Positions 46,741-64,000 of a stretch of 64,000 bases of DNA are shown in pieces. The position numbers were made by a program, and so were the translations under genes. Where the stretch lies: assembly GCF_009914755.1 (NCBI RefSeq), contig NC_060929.1, one strand, 5' to 3'. Every line of letters starts with the position of its first letter. Within the stretch, counting starts at the first letter, position 1. Source of the stretch: the human T2T-CHM13v2.0 reference genome, Homo sapiens. The notes beneath the pieces were generated by a model that had not been told where the DNA came from, did not search any database, and saw nothing but the letters and a program-made list of their open reading frames with translations.

Positions 46741-46887
<147 letters not shown>

Positions 46888-46926
46888 TCAAAAAAACAAA
46901 AAAATAAAACCAAAAAACCCCTAAAG

Positions 46927-47133
46927 CAAGTCTGTCCAATCCGTGGCCCTCAGTGTTGAATGTGGCCCAATACAAATTCATAAACTTTCTTAAAACATTA
47001 TGAGATTTTTTTGCGATTTTTTTTTTTCTTTTTAGCCCATCAACTATCATTAGTGTCAGTGTACTTTATGCATGGCCCAACACAATTCTTCTTTCAATGT
47101 GGCCCAGGGAAGCCAAAAGACTGGATACCCCTG
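46927..47133. mobile_element. MER30 (hAT-Charlie) MITE
   Basis: Imperfect TIRs CAAGTCTGTCCAATC / GACTGGATACCCCTG and an exact 8-bp TSD CCCTAAAG (46919-46926, 47134-47141). Confidence 0.85.
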
Positions 47134-47497
47134 CCCTAAAGCTTAAAGATATGCTAATATCTATTTAATGGGTTGTTTACTTTCAGCCAGAAGAATGTGG
47201 CATTCACTGTGCAATCTTAAAAATGTACTGATACTGTAGCTGGTTTTCAATGAGTCTAAGTTGCTCCCTAACAGCAGCCAATGCCAAAAGATTCCTTCCT
47301 TAGAACACAAAAAAATGTGCATCAGTATAGAAACATTGTGTATGACTGAAATCACTATGATTAGGAAAGAAAATCCTTGACCGGGTGCGCTGGCTCACGC
47401 CTGTAATCCCAGCACTTTGGGAGACCAAGGTGGGTGGACCACGAGGTCAGGAGTTCGACACCAGCCTGGCCAACATGGTGAAACCCCGTCTCTACTA

Positions 47498-47689
<192 letters not shown>

Positions 47690-47929
47690 TTACTTCATGA
47701 ATAAAAATAAACTTTCACTACATGACCATGTGTATGTAAGAATATCTTTGGCACCAATTTCAAAAGATTTCTTAAAATCTTGAAACTAGGGGGACTTCAG
47801 AGACATGATTTAATCTATCCCTCCATTTCTAGGGATATACCCACTTAACCTAATTCAAGGAAATTTTACAGTCACTTGATTAAACAGCAACTTTCTCTAC
47901 ATAGTTATAGCCTTCAATGTAACTGGACT

Positions 47930-48465
47930 CTTTTTCTGGTAAAATTCACATACCTTTAAAATATACACCTTTAAAATGTAAAATTCAGAAGTTTTCAGAA
48001 TACTTACAAAGTTACTCAACTATCACTATTATCTTATCCTAGAACATTTTCATTACCCTAAGTGGAAACCCCAAGCCCAACAGCAGTTACTCCCCAACCC
48101 CTCTATCCTTAGGCCCTGAGAACTACCACTGCCTATTATGAATATTTCATATAAACGAGATAATTAGGATAAAGTTTTTAAGGTTCATTCACATCATAGC
48201 ATGTGTCAGTACTTTCTTTTAATGTCTGGCTGAATAATATTCTAACGTATGACTGTATTTGTTTATTCACCCATTCATCAATTGATGGACATTTAGGTTG
48301 TTGCTACTTTTTGACTATCACACATAATGCTGTTTTGAATATTTGTGTACAAGTTTTTGTGGGGACATATTTTTTTCAATTCTCTTGAGTATATATCTAG
48401 ATATCAAAGAGTTGCTGAGGCATACAGCAATCCATGTTTAACTTACTGAGGAGCTGCTAACCTGT
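47930..48465 (-). mobile_element. Old L1M 3' fragment
   Basis: ...CCCATTCATCAATTGATGGACATTTAGGTTGTT...AATTCTCTTGAGTATATATCTAG, typical antisense L1M. Similar fragments at about 50150-50450, 52545-52870 and 57550-57790. Confidence 0.75.
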
Positions 48466-49193
48466 TTCTCTTTTCCTTTTTTTAAGCGATGAGGTCTTGC
48501 TATGTTGCTCAAACTGGTAATGCACTCCTGGGCTCAAGAGATCCTCCCACCTTGGCCTCGCAAACTGTTCGGATTACAGGCATGAGCCATTGCTCACTGA
48601 ACCCTCAACTTCCTGGGCTTAAGTGATCCTCCCACCTCAAGCCACCTGAGTAGCTGCGATTACAGGTGCACGCCACCATGCCCAGAGCTAATTAAAAAAA
48701 TTTTTTATAGAGATAAGGTTATGCTATGTTGCCAGGTCGTTCTTGAACTCATGGGCTCAACCAATCCTCTTGCCTCAGCCTCCCAAAGTCTTGAGATTAC
48801 AGGCGTGAGCCACTGTGCCTGGCTCTAACCTGTTTTTCAAAGTGACTGCTGTTCACACTATTTTAAATCCCTGCTCTGATTTTGAGATAAAGGATAGTTA
48901 CTGGTTTAGTCATCCACATGGGAATTTATTGCTCCAAAACTTTTCCCCCAAGTTAGATAATTCTAGTTGCTAAGAATTTTGGCTCATACACCTGCTTTGA
49001 AAATCCTGAAAGTCTCAAAGTCATCTGTAGTCAGGACTTGATACAGCATTCTACTTCATCTACAATTATTAGGGACTTTTGCCAGTACCGTTTCTCTACT
49101 TCACTTAAGTTATAAGACTGTTAACTTCCCAGGTGAGAACTAGGAAGATTTATCATCATAATATACTAATTCTTTATTCAGAGAGACTTATAA

Positions 49194-49671
<478 letters not shown>

Positions 49672-51657
49672 TAAGTAAAACCAATATAGCATTTGAGGTT
49701 TGAGTGAGCACCCTATAATCTCTTGTTCTGCATGTGGTTTGTAGGTACTTCTAAGGTCTGACAAGAAGAGAAAATTCTACCATATTACTGGCAATTATTT
49801 AGCAGCAAACTAAATTTGAAGATTGATACAAATCATTCCCAAAGACATTTTGGAATTTTAATCATCATCGAGGATTAAAGGTTTATTTTATAATCCATTT
49901 GCTTCTTGGGAAGGGATGATTAACCCTATAAATTTTGCCTGTTTATTAAAGGTATGTTAAACTATGTACGCCTACCTATAGGAAGGAATTTTAATAAATG
50001 ACAAAGGCTGTATCTGGCAGAAGCAACTTGAAAAGGATCACTGGAGAAAAGACATATAGTGGCATACAAGAATAAAGGTAGACACTGTGGAAGGAAATAT
50101 GGAATCATTCCAGAGACAAAGGAAGGAAGAGGGACATTAACATGGGCGCTACAGGCCACCGAAAAACTAACCGAAATTGACACTGGTACTTCAGATTTCA
50201 CCAGTTATATATGCACTAATTTATGTGTGCATGTGTGTATAGCTCTATGCAATTTTATCACACATGCCGCCTTATGTCATGTAACTACCATCACAATCAA
50301 GATGGGTAACTGTTCTGTTGCCAAAAGACCCCCTTTAGAGCCATGCCATTCCTTCTTCCTATCCTTAAACACTCCTAGGAAACACTAATCTGTTTTCCTC
50401 CTCATCCAAGTATTACGTCATGAGTGCTACATAAATGCATTGTATATTGTGTAACTCGTTCACTTTTATTAAGAACACTTCTAAATGTTCTCCTAAACGT
50501 CCTCTTAAAACCAGACCACTTTCTTTAAGGTCACATTTTTAGAAAAGTAAGCATTCTTCTTAATGATGAATTTTGTTAGTTTTCAAGTGTTTCCTTTTGA
50601 ATTTCTTTTCCCTTAAATTTATAACTAATTCCTTTAAGTACTAAAGGGAGAAAGAACAGACACTTAAGGCAACTATCTTCTTCCCTAGAATATAAAATGA
50701 AAGAAATAAAAACAGCGAATGCATAAGAATTTGGTCATATTTTGAGTCTGTAAGATATCCATAATATTCTATTACTACTCTCTCTCCCCCAATACCATTT
50801 CTGGCCTAACAATTTACTTTGATCCTGACATCTTTCAAATTCCAAATTATTCAAGATAACCAATCAAGATCTTAAATCCAACAACTCCCAAGCATCTTAG
50901 AGTGAATTACTGTTCATAGCTAGTATGCTTTTTTCCCCTACTCAGCACATTTCTGGAATCAACAAAGGGAAGCTGTACCAATCTTAGGTTGATTTTTTTC
51001 CATTCATTCATTAGGTTCAATGTTTTTTCTTTTTCATAATTATTCAATAGGGTTAATAAGATGATAATACTAGCTAACATTTAAGATCCTTCCATATACC
51101 AGGTGTTAAGATGGTTACACATATTAACTCATTTAATCTTCTCAACAATCCTGTTTGAGACAGATACTGCTTTTATATCCATATTACAGATGAGATGGCA
51201 GAGTTGGTAGTCAAATCCAGGGAGTCTGTCTCCAGAGCCCACATTTTTATTTACTTTATTTGACAGTGGCAGGAAAGGTTAAATTATAACAATAATGACC
51301 ATAAACACCACAGCAAATTACTTTTGTACAACCAGAGGACATAAGAATTTCTGCTGATCTTGATACATAACCTATTACCCAGATTTAATGAGACACTGAA
51401 AATATTGCTGTATTTTTATAATATACAATACACTTACTTAGAAATGCCCATATAATTAAATAATAAAATTTTAAACTCTATTAGTGAAATCTAGTTTTGG
51501 GCAAGCTATTTTAATATCCTTTCTAGGGGCTTGCTTACTACAGAAGCAGAAGAACGAATATTATATAGTGACTTATAATATTCCTTAAGACAATAACAGA
51601 AAAATAAAACCTTAATGGAGTAACCCAATAGGGCTCTGAATTTAGGAATACCAGTAC

Positions 51658-51755
51658 CTGTGCACTGGATGTGATGTCTTCACGCTGCTGGTCAGTCATT
51701 GTTGCCAAGGTATCAAAGGGATCCTTTTCACAAGGATCCAGAAGTCCAGGACTAC
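51658..51755 (-). CDS. ZFR: ZFR penultimate coding exon (DZF domain)
   Basis: 98 nt, acceptor TGTAG|, donor CAG|GTACTG; encodes (G)[32 protein letters not shown], the DZF/NF90-like DPCE motif. Confidence 0.95.
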
Positions 51756-51841
51756 CTACAGCAATCACCACAGGGAGAGGAAATTATTAGCATTGTCCAC
51801 TTATAAAAAAAATTATTCAACCAGCAAATGAGTAAACTTCA

Positions 51842-51985
<144 letters not shown>

Positions 51986-53226
51986 CTAAAAATACAACAT
52001 AAAAATGTGTTTAACAGCTTACCAAAGGAATTACTCATTTTCAAACTAAAATTTTAAAGACTGAAAAAATTTTAAAGACTGAAAAAGCTACATAGAACAA
52101 GTCACAAAAACAGAAAATAAATATTACATATAATATAAAAACATTCAAAATTAAGGAATAGGCCGGGCACAGTGGCTCACGTCTGTAATCCAAACACTTT
52201 GGGAGGCAGATTGCCTGAGTTCAGGGGTTAAAGACCAGCCTGGGCAAGATGGCAAAACCCCGTCTCTACAAAAAAAACCCCAAAAAACCAAAAATTAGCT
52301 GGATGTGGTGGCACATGCTGGTGGCCCCAGCTACTTGGGGGACTGAGGCGGGAGGATCGCTTGAGCCTGGGATCGTTTACTGGCTGCAGTAAGCTGAGAT
52401 TGCGCCATTGCACTCTAGCACCCTGAGTGATGGAGTGAGACCATCTTTCTTCACAAACAAAAAAACAAAAAAAACAAAACAAAAACCCAATGCAGGGAGT
52501 GGTGTTTTGAAGGGTCTCATGATAAAAATTTGTATTTAGATTTTTAAAAATTGAGATATAATTCACATGTAAGATTCACCCTTTTAAACTGTACAATTCA
52601 GTAGTTTTTAGTATATTCACAAAGTTGTTCAATAATCACCATTACCTAATTCCAGAACATTTTCATGATCTCCAAAAGAAACCACATAGCCACTAGTAGT
52701 CATTCTCCATTCTCCCTTTCTTTTAGCCCTTGGCAACCCCTAAATCACTTCCAGTTTCTACAGATTTGCCTACTATGGACGTTTTATACAAATGGAATCA
52801 TGTAATACGTGGCTCTGTGTTTGACTTCTCTCACTTAGCATAATATTTAAGGCTTATCCATGTTGTAGCTTTTACTTAAAAGTTTAAATGAGACTACCAA
52901 CAGCAATTCAAAGAAACTAGTTTGGAACCACTATGAAATCCTTAAGATGATAATGAAAGCTGAAAAGACATTAGTGAGAATCCATACTTTTGGCTATACA
53001 CTAAAAAAGCTCATGGACTTATTTATCAGAAGTAAAAACTGCGTCAACCTATTCACTCCAAGGCCATTTCTCAGAATCTCTTTACATTTTAAGAGATGAG
53101 AATTTAAAGAAATAGCGCACATTAACAACTATGAAAAATAAATGATAGCTTCCAGCACGATTGGAAAAAACCTGAAAATAATGAATATTAATAGTGATAA
53201 ATGTAAGTCACAATTAAAAAAATTAA

Positions 53227-53370
<144 letters not shown>

Positions 53371-55039
53371 TGATCCTCCCACCTCAGCTCAGGATCACTT
53401 GAGCCCAAGAGCTTGAGGTTGCAGTGAGCTGTGGTCGTGCCGCTGTACGACTGGGACAACAGGCGCAGCCACCATGCCTGGCTAATTTTTGTAGAGATGG
53501 GGTCTCACTATGCTGTCCAGGCTGGTTTTGAACTCCTGGACTCATGTAAACCAACTGCCTTGGCCTCCCAAAGCCTTGGGATTACAGGCATCACAGCAAC
53601 AGCCCCTCAAGACATTTTTCATTTTTTACGGATTTTCATTTTAAAGTTAAGTTTTAATATTTTAAGGGACAAGCTTCAGTCATCTAGAAAACTCTATGTG
53701 TATGTATGGAATATGCATGTGTATGGAATATTTTAAGATGCGAAAAGACTTGAGACCCTTGAGGATAAGGTCAGTGTTACTCATCTTGAACCCACTTGCC
53801 TAGTACAAGTAGCCAGAATTTTGTAAATACTTAGTAAATGATGACATGGAATGATTTTGGAAAGAATGTGAGAATAATCCTGACAATTCAGTGATAAAAT
53901 AAACCAAGAGTAATAATTAGCAAAATATTGATGTTGTGATTAAAACACAAAATTGAAGTCATAAAATACGTAACTTTCGATAAATGCCTCAAATTTTTAC
54001 TGAGTACTTTTAGCAAATGTTATGAGAAAAGTGAGCATTAAGTAATCAGCTACAGTTCAGGTATGTCAAGACATAAAAATGTGTTTCAAGTAACTCAAAG
54101 CTTTTTCAAAATCTGTTTATTGATTGGCTTTAAGAATCAGGCATTTCTGATTTATACCAGCAGGTAAAAGCAGAAATTAATTAAAAGTCAAGAAAGAAAT
54201 CAATTATTTATGGAACACAAAAAAGTCAATACACTTAAACACACACAATAAAACTAATCAACTACCTCTGACACCATTTACTGTGAACTAAGCAATTAAA
54301 ACATATTAATTTTCTAAAGAACATAGCTATTCTCCAAGCACGTGTCTACAGTTAAAAGAGCAATGAAAATAGAAGAATATAATTCAAAAGTAAAAAGATA
54401 ATATCAAAAATAAATAGAATCAAATTAAGGATTACTACACTTCAGGTTTTGATGTAAAGGGTCTTGGAGGCTATAATTATATAAGAGAATAACTTATTAA
54501 GAATTATTATAACTGGAGATGGAAAAAGCTCCCCATATTAAATGATTAAAAAAATCAAGGATTGTAATATTTGCTTTAAAAGATTTTTTAATTTTTTTTT
54601 TTTTTTTTTACAGACAGGCCCTCGCTATGTTGCCAGGATGGAGTGCAGTAGTTATTCGCAGGCACGATCATAGCACACTGCAGCCGAGCTTGAACTCCTG
54701 GGCTCAAGTAATCATACCTCAGTTTCCCCAGTAGCTGAGACTACAAGTGAATGCCACTGCACTCCACTGTAATATTTGCTTTTTATTTATTTTTTGAGAG
54801 ACAGGGTCTTGCTCTGTTTCCTAGACTGGAAAGCAGTGGTGTGATTATAACTGACTGTAGCAGGCTGGGTGTGGTGGTTCACGTCTGTAATCCCAGCACT
54901 TTGGGAGGTCAAGGTGGGTGGATCACCTGACGTGAGGAGTTTGAGACCAGCCTGCCCAACATGGCGAAATCCTGTCTCTACCAAAAACACAAAAAATTAG
55001 CCGGGTGTGGTGGCAGGTGCCTGTAATCTCAGCTACTCA

Positions 55040-55144
<105 letters not shown>

Positions 55145-57234
55145 TCAAAAATAATAAATAAATAAATAAATAAAGTAAATAAATAAATAAATAAATAACT
55201 CACTGTAGCCTTGACCTCCCAGGCTCAAGTGATTGACCTCAGCCTCCTGAGTAGCTGGCACTACAGAACCCACTACCATGCTTGGCTAATTTTTATTTTT
55301 AGTAGAGATGAGGTCTTGCTATGTTGCCTGAGCTGGTCTTGAACTCCTGGGCTCAAGTGATCTTTCCATCTTCGTGTCCCAAAGTGATGAGATTACAGGC
55401 CAAAGTGATGAGATTACAGGCGTGAGCCACTGGACCCAGCCTTATTTGCTTTTTAAAAACACTCATGAAGTGTATTTTTTCCCATCCCATCTCCAGTTAT
55501 AATAAGAGTAACTCTTAGTAAGTGGCAGGCACCATGCTAAATGATCACTTATATGCATAATTTAATTCAAGATGGAAAAAAAATCCCATAAATTTAAGAA
55601 GCTAAAAATAGTTTTGTCCAAGGTCATGTAGCTAGGTGATAAAGCTGAGATTTGAACCCAGGTCTTTCTGAAATCAAAATAATGCTTTTTTTTTTCTTCT
55701 TTCCCTTATGTTTTCTTTCCTACTATGTTTCAATAAGTATCTTTCATCAATGGGTGATCCAGAGAGAAAACATTAACTAGTTTCCATGAATATTAGTTTC
55801 CAGCTCTGGTAGAGACAAAGACCTATGTAAAACAAATAAAACAAAGCCACCTGATGAGATTTCAGTAACACAGGCACTTTCACTGGTGGGAGTGTAAACC
55901 AGTAAAATCTTCCTTTAAAGCACAAATGGCAAACTGCATCAAAACTTTTTTCCCCCCCAACAAGAGACGGAGTTTCACTCTTGTTGTCCAGGCTGCAATG
56001 GCGTGATCTCAGCTCACCGCAACCTCCACCTCCCAGGTTCAAGCGGTTCTCTTGCCTCCGCCTCCCAAGTAGCTGGGATTATGGGCATGAGCCACCACGC
56101 CCAGCTAATTTTGTATTTTTAGTAGAGATGGGAGTTTCTCCATATCGGTCAGGCTGGTCTTGAACTCTTGACCTCAGGTAATCTGCCCATCTCAGCCTCC
56201 CAAAGTGCTAAGATTACAGGTGTGAGCCATTGCACCTGGCCACAAATTTTTAAAAGACACACATTAATTAGCCCAGCAATGGCAGTACTAAGATTTACAA
56301 TAGGGCTATTACTACATAAGAAAAGCACAAAAAATATTCTGCCCAGCTCTTAATTTGTAACAGACTGGAAACAATCTCTAGCACTAGGAGTTCTGGCTAA
56401 ATAACAGTAGTAGCAGTTATCCTCTTCATTATAGCTACCACTTACTGAGTGCTTATCCTCGCTAAGTGATGCTCTAAGTCTTCACATATATTAACCAATT
56501 CTAACCATTATAATCACATTCTGAAGGTAGATATGACTATCATTCCCATTTTACAAATTAAGATGTTTATGCTCTTAAAATAGGATTTTATGAATACCAC
56601 AACAATGGGCAATTGTACATACAAAAGCCACTTACATAGTCCAGTTGACATGGATCACTATTGACACATGCACAACAGACTTTGATTTGTAAGCCCATTT
56701 GCAGGTTGTTGCATTTTTGTAATATATTTACTCACAGCACTTTATTTTATATGGTGAAATGTATGAAAGTCTTAATAAAAATGGTCATGTCTTGCAGGGA
56801 AAAGATTTACTTACAGCTTTTAGTGATTTAGGGGTGTGCATACAGTTAAATAGATGATTTTTGTTAAGGGGTATCTAAATGTTGAGTTAGTTCATGTACC
56901 GTTTGCTGTTTTTTTTGTAAGCTGAGACTGTTTGTTCTTTGCCCTGAGATGTCAGTGTCCTATCATTTTAGAACTCTTTGTTGGTTCTATCAGCAACAGC
57001 CGGGAGAACTTTTAGTACAAACCACCACCACTAAAATCTGTATTACTTACAAATACCTCTGAAAGCCAGTAAAATACGTGAAAAGAAATGTTAACGTATT
57101 TCAACTGTTATTTGGGCAGGAAGAATAATTATAGCAGTTTTCTTCACCTTTCTTTGAGAATGATTCCTTTACATTTGATATATCATTCTTTAAAACAAAA
57201 CAAAACAAAACAAAACAAAACAAAAAACTGGTCA

Positions 57235-57354
<120 letters not shown>

Positions 57355-58016
57355 TTAAAAAAAAAAATGTAACCAGGCATGGTAGCATGCACCTACAGTC
57401 CTATGTACGTGGGAGGCTGAGTTAGGAGAATCGCTTAAGCCTGGGAAGTCGAGGCTGCAGTGAGTCATGATCATGCCACTGCACTCCAGCCCGAGTGACA
57501 GAGTGAAACTCTGTCTTAAAAAAGATAACATGAAACATTTTAAAACGAATGATTCAGCAGCATTATTATACTATGTTGTCCATATCAAGTTCCAAAACAT
57601 CTCCATTACCGCAAAGTAAACCCCCTTACCCATTAAGCAACTTATCCCTATTTCCATAGAGACATGCACTCTGTCTCTATGGATTTATATATTCTTGATA
57701 TTTCATATAAATGGAATCACACAACATGTGACCTTTTGAGCCTGGATTCTTGCACTTAGCATACTGTTTTCAACATTAATCAATACAGTGGCAGATTTTT
57801 TTTTTTTTTTTTTTTTTGAGATAGGGTCTCACGATGTGCCCAGGCTGGCCTCAAAATCCTGGGCTCAAGAGATCCTCTTGCCTCAGTCTCTTGAGTACCT
57901 GGGACTACAGGAATGGGCCACTGTGCCCAGCACAATAACAGATTTTTTTGCTGAAATACTCATCATAGGACACTGTCTAGAAATAAAATATATAATAACA
58001 TTGTGTGTTGTGGGGG

Positions 58017-58055
<39 letters not shown>

Positions 58056-58082
58056 GCAGGCAGACAGACAGACAGACAGACA
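58017..58082. repeat. (GA)n(GACA)n microsatellite
   Basis: Direct reading. Confidence 0.9.
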
Positions 58083-60102
58083 TGGTCTTGCCCTGTCGCC
58101 CAGGGTGAAGTGCAGTGGTGCAATCACAGCTCACTGCAGCCTCAACCTCCTGGGCTCAAGTGATTCTCTGACCTCAGCCTCCTGAGTAGCTGGGACTACA
58201 GGTGTGCGCCATCTCATCCAGCTAATTTTTAAGTTTGTCTTTTGTAGACATAGGGTCTTGCTATACAAATAAGGCTGGTTTTGAACTCCTGGCCTCAAGT
58301 GACCTTCCCACCTTGGCTTCCTAAAGTGCTGGGATTACAGGTAGGAGCCATTGTGCTAGGTCTATAATAAACATTAAAAAAATTACATGCCTTTTATAAG
58401 TTACTGCAGTTATACTATTCTAAAGGTTTAGATAGCACACAGCAATTCTGATATCAGACCAACATTACAACAGAACTCTACCTATATTTTATTTCATCAC
58501 CATGGATTCATGACAGAAGAACAACTAATTTGAAGGCAGAACACCATTTTCAATCCTCATTGCAGTGGCAAAGGAAAGGCCACAAAAGTAGGCATTGTTA
58601 CTTAAGGATTTGTTCAAAGTAATCTGAATGCTAAATAAAATTAAACATAATACAGTTCATAAGAATTTCAAATTTATTTGATAACAGAAAAAAAGTTACT
58701 CCTGTTTATGACAATAGCACAGACAGAAACTGAAGATCTCTTGCCTCCAAAACATGATTAAGAAATATATTAGGGCCAGGCATGTTGGCTCATGCCTATA
58801 ATCCCAGCACTTCGGAAGACCGTGGCAAGAGGATCGCTTGAGCCCAGGAGTTCGAGACCAGCTGGGGCAACATAGTGAGATCTCATCTCTATTAAAAATA
58901 AAGACATTAGTCAGGTATGGTGGCATGTGCCTATCATCACAGGCACTAGGAAGGTTCAGGCAGAAGGAATGCTTGAGCCCAGGAGTTCAAAGCTGCAGTG
59001 AGCCAGGGCTGCTCCATCGCCCTCCAGTTTAGATGACAGAGCAGGACCCTGTCTCAAAAACAAATGATAGAATATACACACTACTGCATTTCAGGAAAAA
59101 ATGTAATAGCTTGAATCAAACAGAGGAAAAGGCCAGTGACAGAGAACATTCCTTAAGAACAGAGTGTTTACCCTGCTTAAGCTTGGCTCTCCAGAGATGA
59201 GGGTGGGGATGACAGCTGATTCAACAAATCCCAAAAACTTCACCAATAACTTTCAATTTGGAGAAAGGTAAAATGAATCACATTATAAGCAGTTTCAGAA
59301 GAAATTTTCCTAAACGTAAAAACTCCATCTGACCATCTTCTATCTCACCAGAAAAAAAAAAAACACTAGAATTTGCTATCCTGAAGACTTTGAAAACCAG
59401 GAAAGAACAGAAGCAATCAGGAAATCAGGAAAGAGCAGAAAAATGGTAATCATTCACATCTAACTATTTCCAATAATAAATGCATTTGGCTAAAATGCAG
59501 ATAAAAGAAAAAATAAAGGTAAGATCTTCCAAAGGAATTAGAGGTAGGGAAAAAAAAAAAAACTTCATAGAGCCCCAAATTAGCTTCACATACCCAAATG
59601 CTCTCTTGGTTCAGGGGAATATAAATTGTTAGTGAAAGGAAATGGTAAAATAGGTTCAGGAAACAAATGGAGCAAATCCTGCAAAGACAAAAGCTCTAGG
59701 AGTCCATTCTTGGATTGAAACCTGAAACTGAAGGGGTGGCAATAAAATCCATCACATTTGGAGTGCCATAGTATATTTGATGAAGACACAGGAGAGTGTA
59801 GCCTACATTTGCTAACAAGGCTGCAGGTAGCCAAATCCTACTCCTTTTCATAAGCAATCCTCCAATCATATCTCACAGGGGAAGGAAAAGAAGAGTTATC
59901 AAAAAAGGTGAGAATAGATTTGCATGACATCTTTGTACTTGTGTGGAACATAGCATGAAAACTAGTGATAAAAATATATTCTGTAGGGACTTTGGGTGAT
60001 AGTCACAGGTCAATGTAGGTTCATTAATTGTAACAAACATACTACTCTAGTGTCGGGGAGGCTGTGTATGTGTGAGGGCAGGGGATATGTGGGAACTCTA
60101 TA

Positions 60103-60226
60103 TGGTTGACCCTTGAAAAACGTGAGTTTGAACTGCACAGATCCACTTATATGGGAGTTATCTTCCATCTCTGCCACCAGAGACAGCAACATCAATCTTC
60201 CTTCCTCACCCTTAGCCTATTCAATA
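60103..60226 (+). mobile_element. Tigger2/MER28-like fragment
   Basis: GGTTGACCCTTGAAAAACGTGAGTTTGAACTGCACAGATCCACTTATA...CTCTGCCACCAGAGACAGCAA. Confidence 0.7.
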
Positions 60227-60372
60227 AGAAGCTGAGGGCTGGGCACAGTGGCTCACACCTACAATCCAAGCACTTTGGGAGGCCGAGGGGAGCAGATCAC
60301 TTGAGGCCAAGAGCTCGAGACTAACCTGGCCAACATGGTGAAACTCCGTCTCTACTAAAAATACAAAAATTA

Positions 60373-63200
<2,828 letters not shown>

Positions 63201-64000
63201 TCTCAAAGAAAAAAAAAGAGATAAGGTCTCATTCTGTCACCCAGGCTGGAGTGCCATGGCACAATCATGGCTCACTGTAGACTTGACCTGGGCTCAATAG
63301 ATCTTCCCACTTCAGTCTCTCCAGTAGCTGAAACCACAAGCACATGCCACCATGCCGGGCTAATTTTTCTATCTTTTCTAGAGAAAGGGTTTCACCATGT
63401 TGCCCAAGCTGGTCTCCAACTCCGGGACTCAAGCGATCCTCCTGCCTCGGGCCTCTCAAATAATGGGATTACAGGCATGAGCCACTAGACCATGACCGGT
63501 TGATCTTTCATCTATCGATTTATAGTTTTTAAATTAGTTTTTTTTTTTTTTGAGACGGAGTCTCACTATGTCGCCCAGGCTGGAGTACAGTGGCACGATC
63601 TCGGCTCACTGCAACCTCCGCCCTGAGTTCAAGTGATTCTCCTGCCTCAGCCTCCCGAGTAGCTGGGATTATAGGCGTCTGCCACCAAGCCTGGCTAATT
63701 TTTTGTGTTTTTAGTAGAGATGGGGTTTCACCACCTTGGCCAGGCTGGTCTTGAACTCCTTGACCTTGTGATCCACCCGCCTCGGCCTCCTAAAGTGCTG
63801 GGATTACAGGCATGAGCCACCATGCCCAGTTTTAAATTAGTTTTTAAGTAATGCACATGTATAATTTATCCTGGTAAAAATTAAACATTACAGGTCTCTA
63901 TACTAGTCATCTCTTCCTCTCACTCCTCAGAAATAATCACTACTGTAAATTAGAATATATCCTACCAAAAATTTTGTTATGTATTTAAATTTACATATAC

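Noticed and set aside
51752-51757. Tandem acceptor TAG|GTAG 4 nt downstream of the exon start
   Set aside because: Would frameshift the conserved DZF sequence; nothing in the sequence suggests it is used.

Overview
Primate, almost certainly human, genomic DNA. It spans the 5' end of MTMR12 (CpG-island promoter and first coding exon, minus strand, ATG at 530), about 41 kb of repeat-dense intergenic DNA, and the 3' end of ZFR (minus strand). The ZFR part has its last three coding exons at 51874-51985, 51658-51755 and 43471-43650, plus a 3' UTR of about 1.4 kb. The intergenic region holds a stack of solo LTRs just upstream of MTMR12 and two decayed MER4-group proviruses (MER57 on minus, MER41B on plus) joined head-to-head, with dozens of Alus throughout. 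Almost all ORFs in the supplied track are Alu/LTR or GC-rich artefacts. I see no new protein-coding system. The best leads are regulatory: a MER41B LTR with both STAT1 GAS motifs intact next to ZFR; a fold-back Alu hairpin in a ZFR intron whose mismatches are all A-C in the pre-mRNA; a multi-kb degenerate inverted repeat formed by the fused proviruses; upstream ORFs overlapping the MTMR12 start; and a co-oriented MLT2A1 LTR with an intact splice donor upstream of MTMR12. Gene and repeat-family names come from recognising sequence by eye, not from a database search, so subfamily calls need RepeatMasker/Dfam confirmation.
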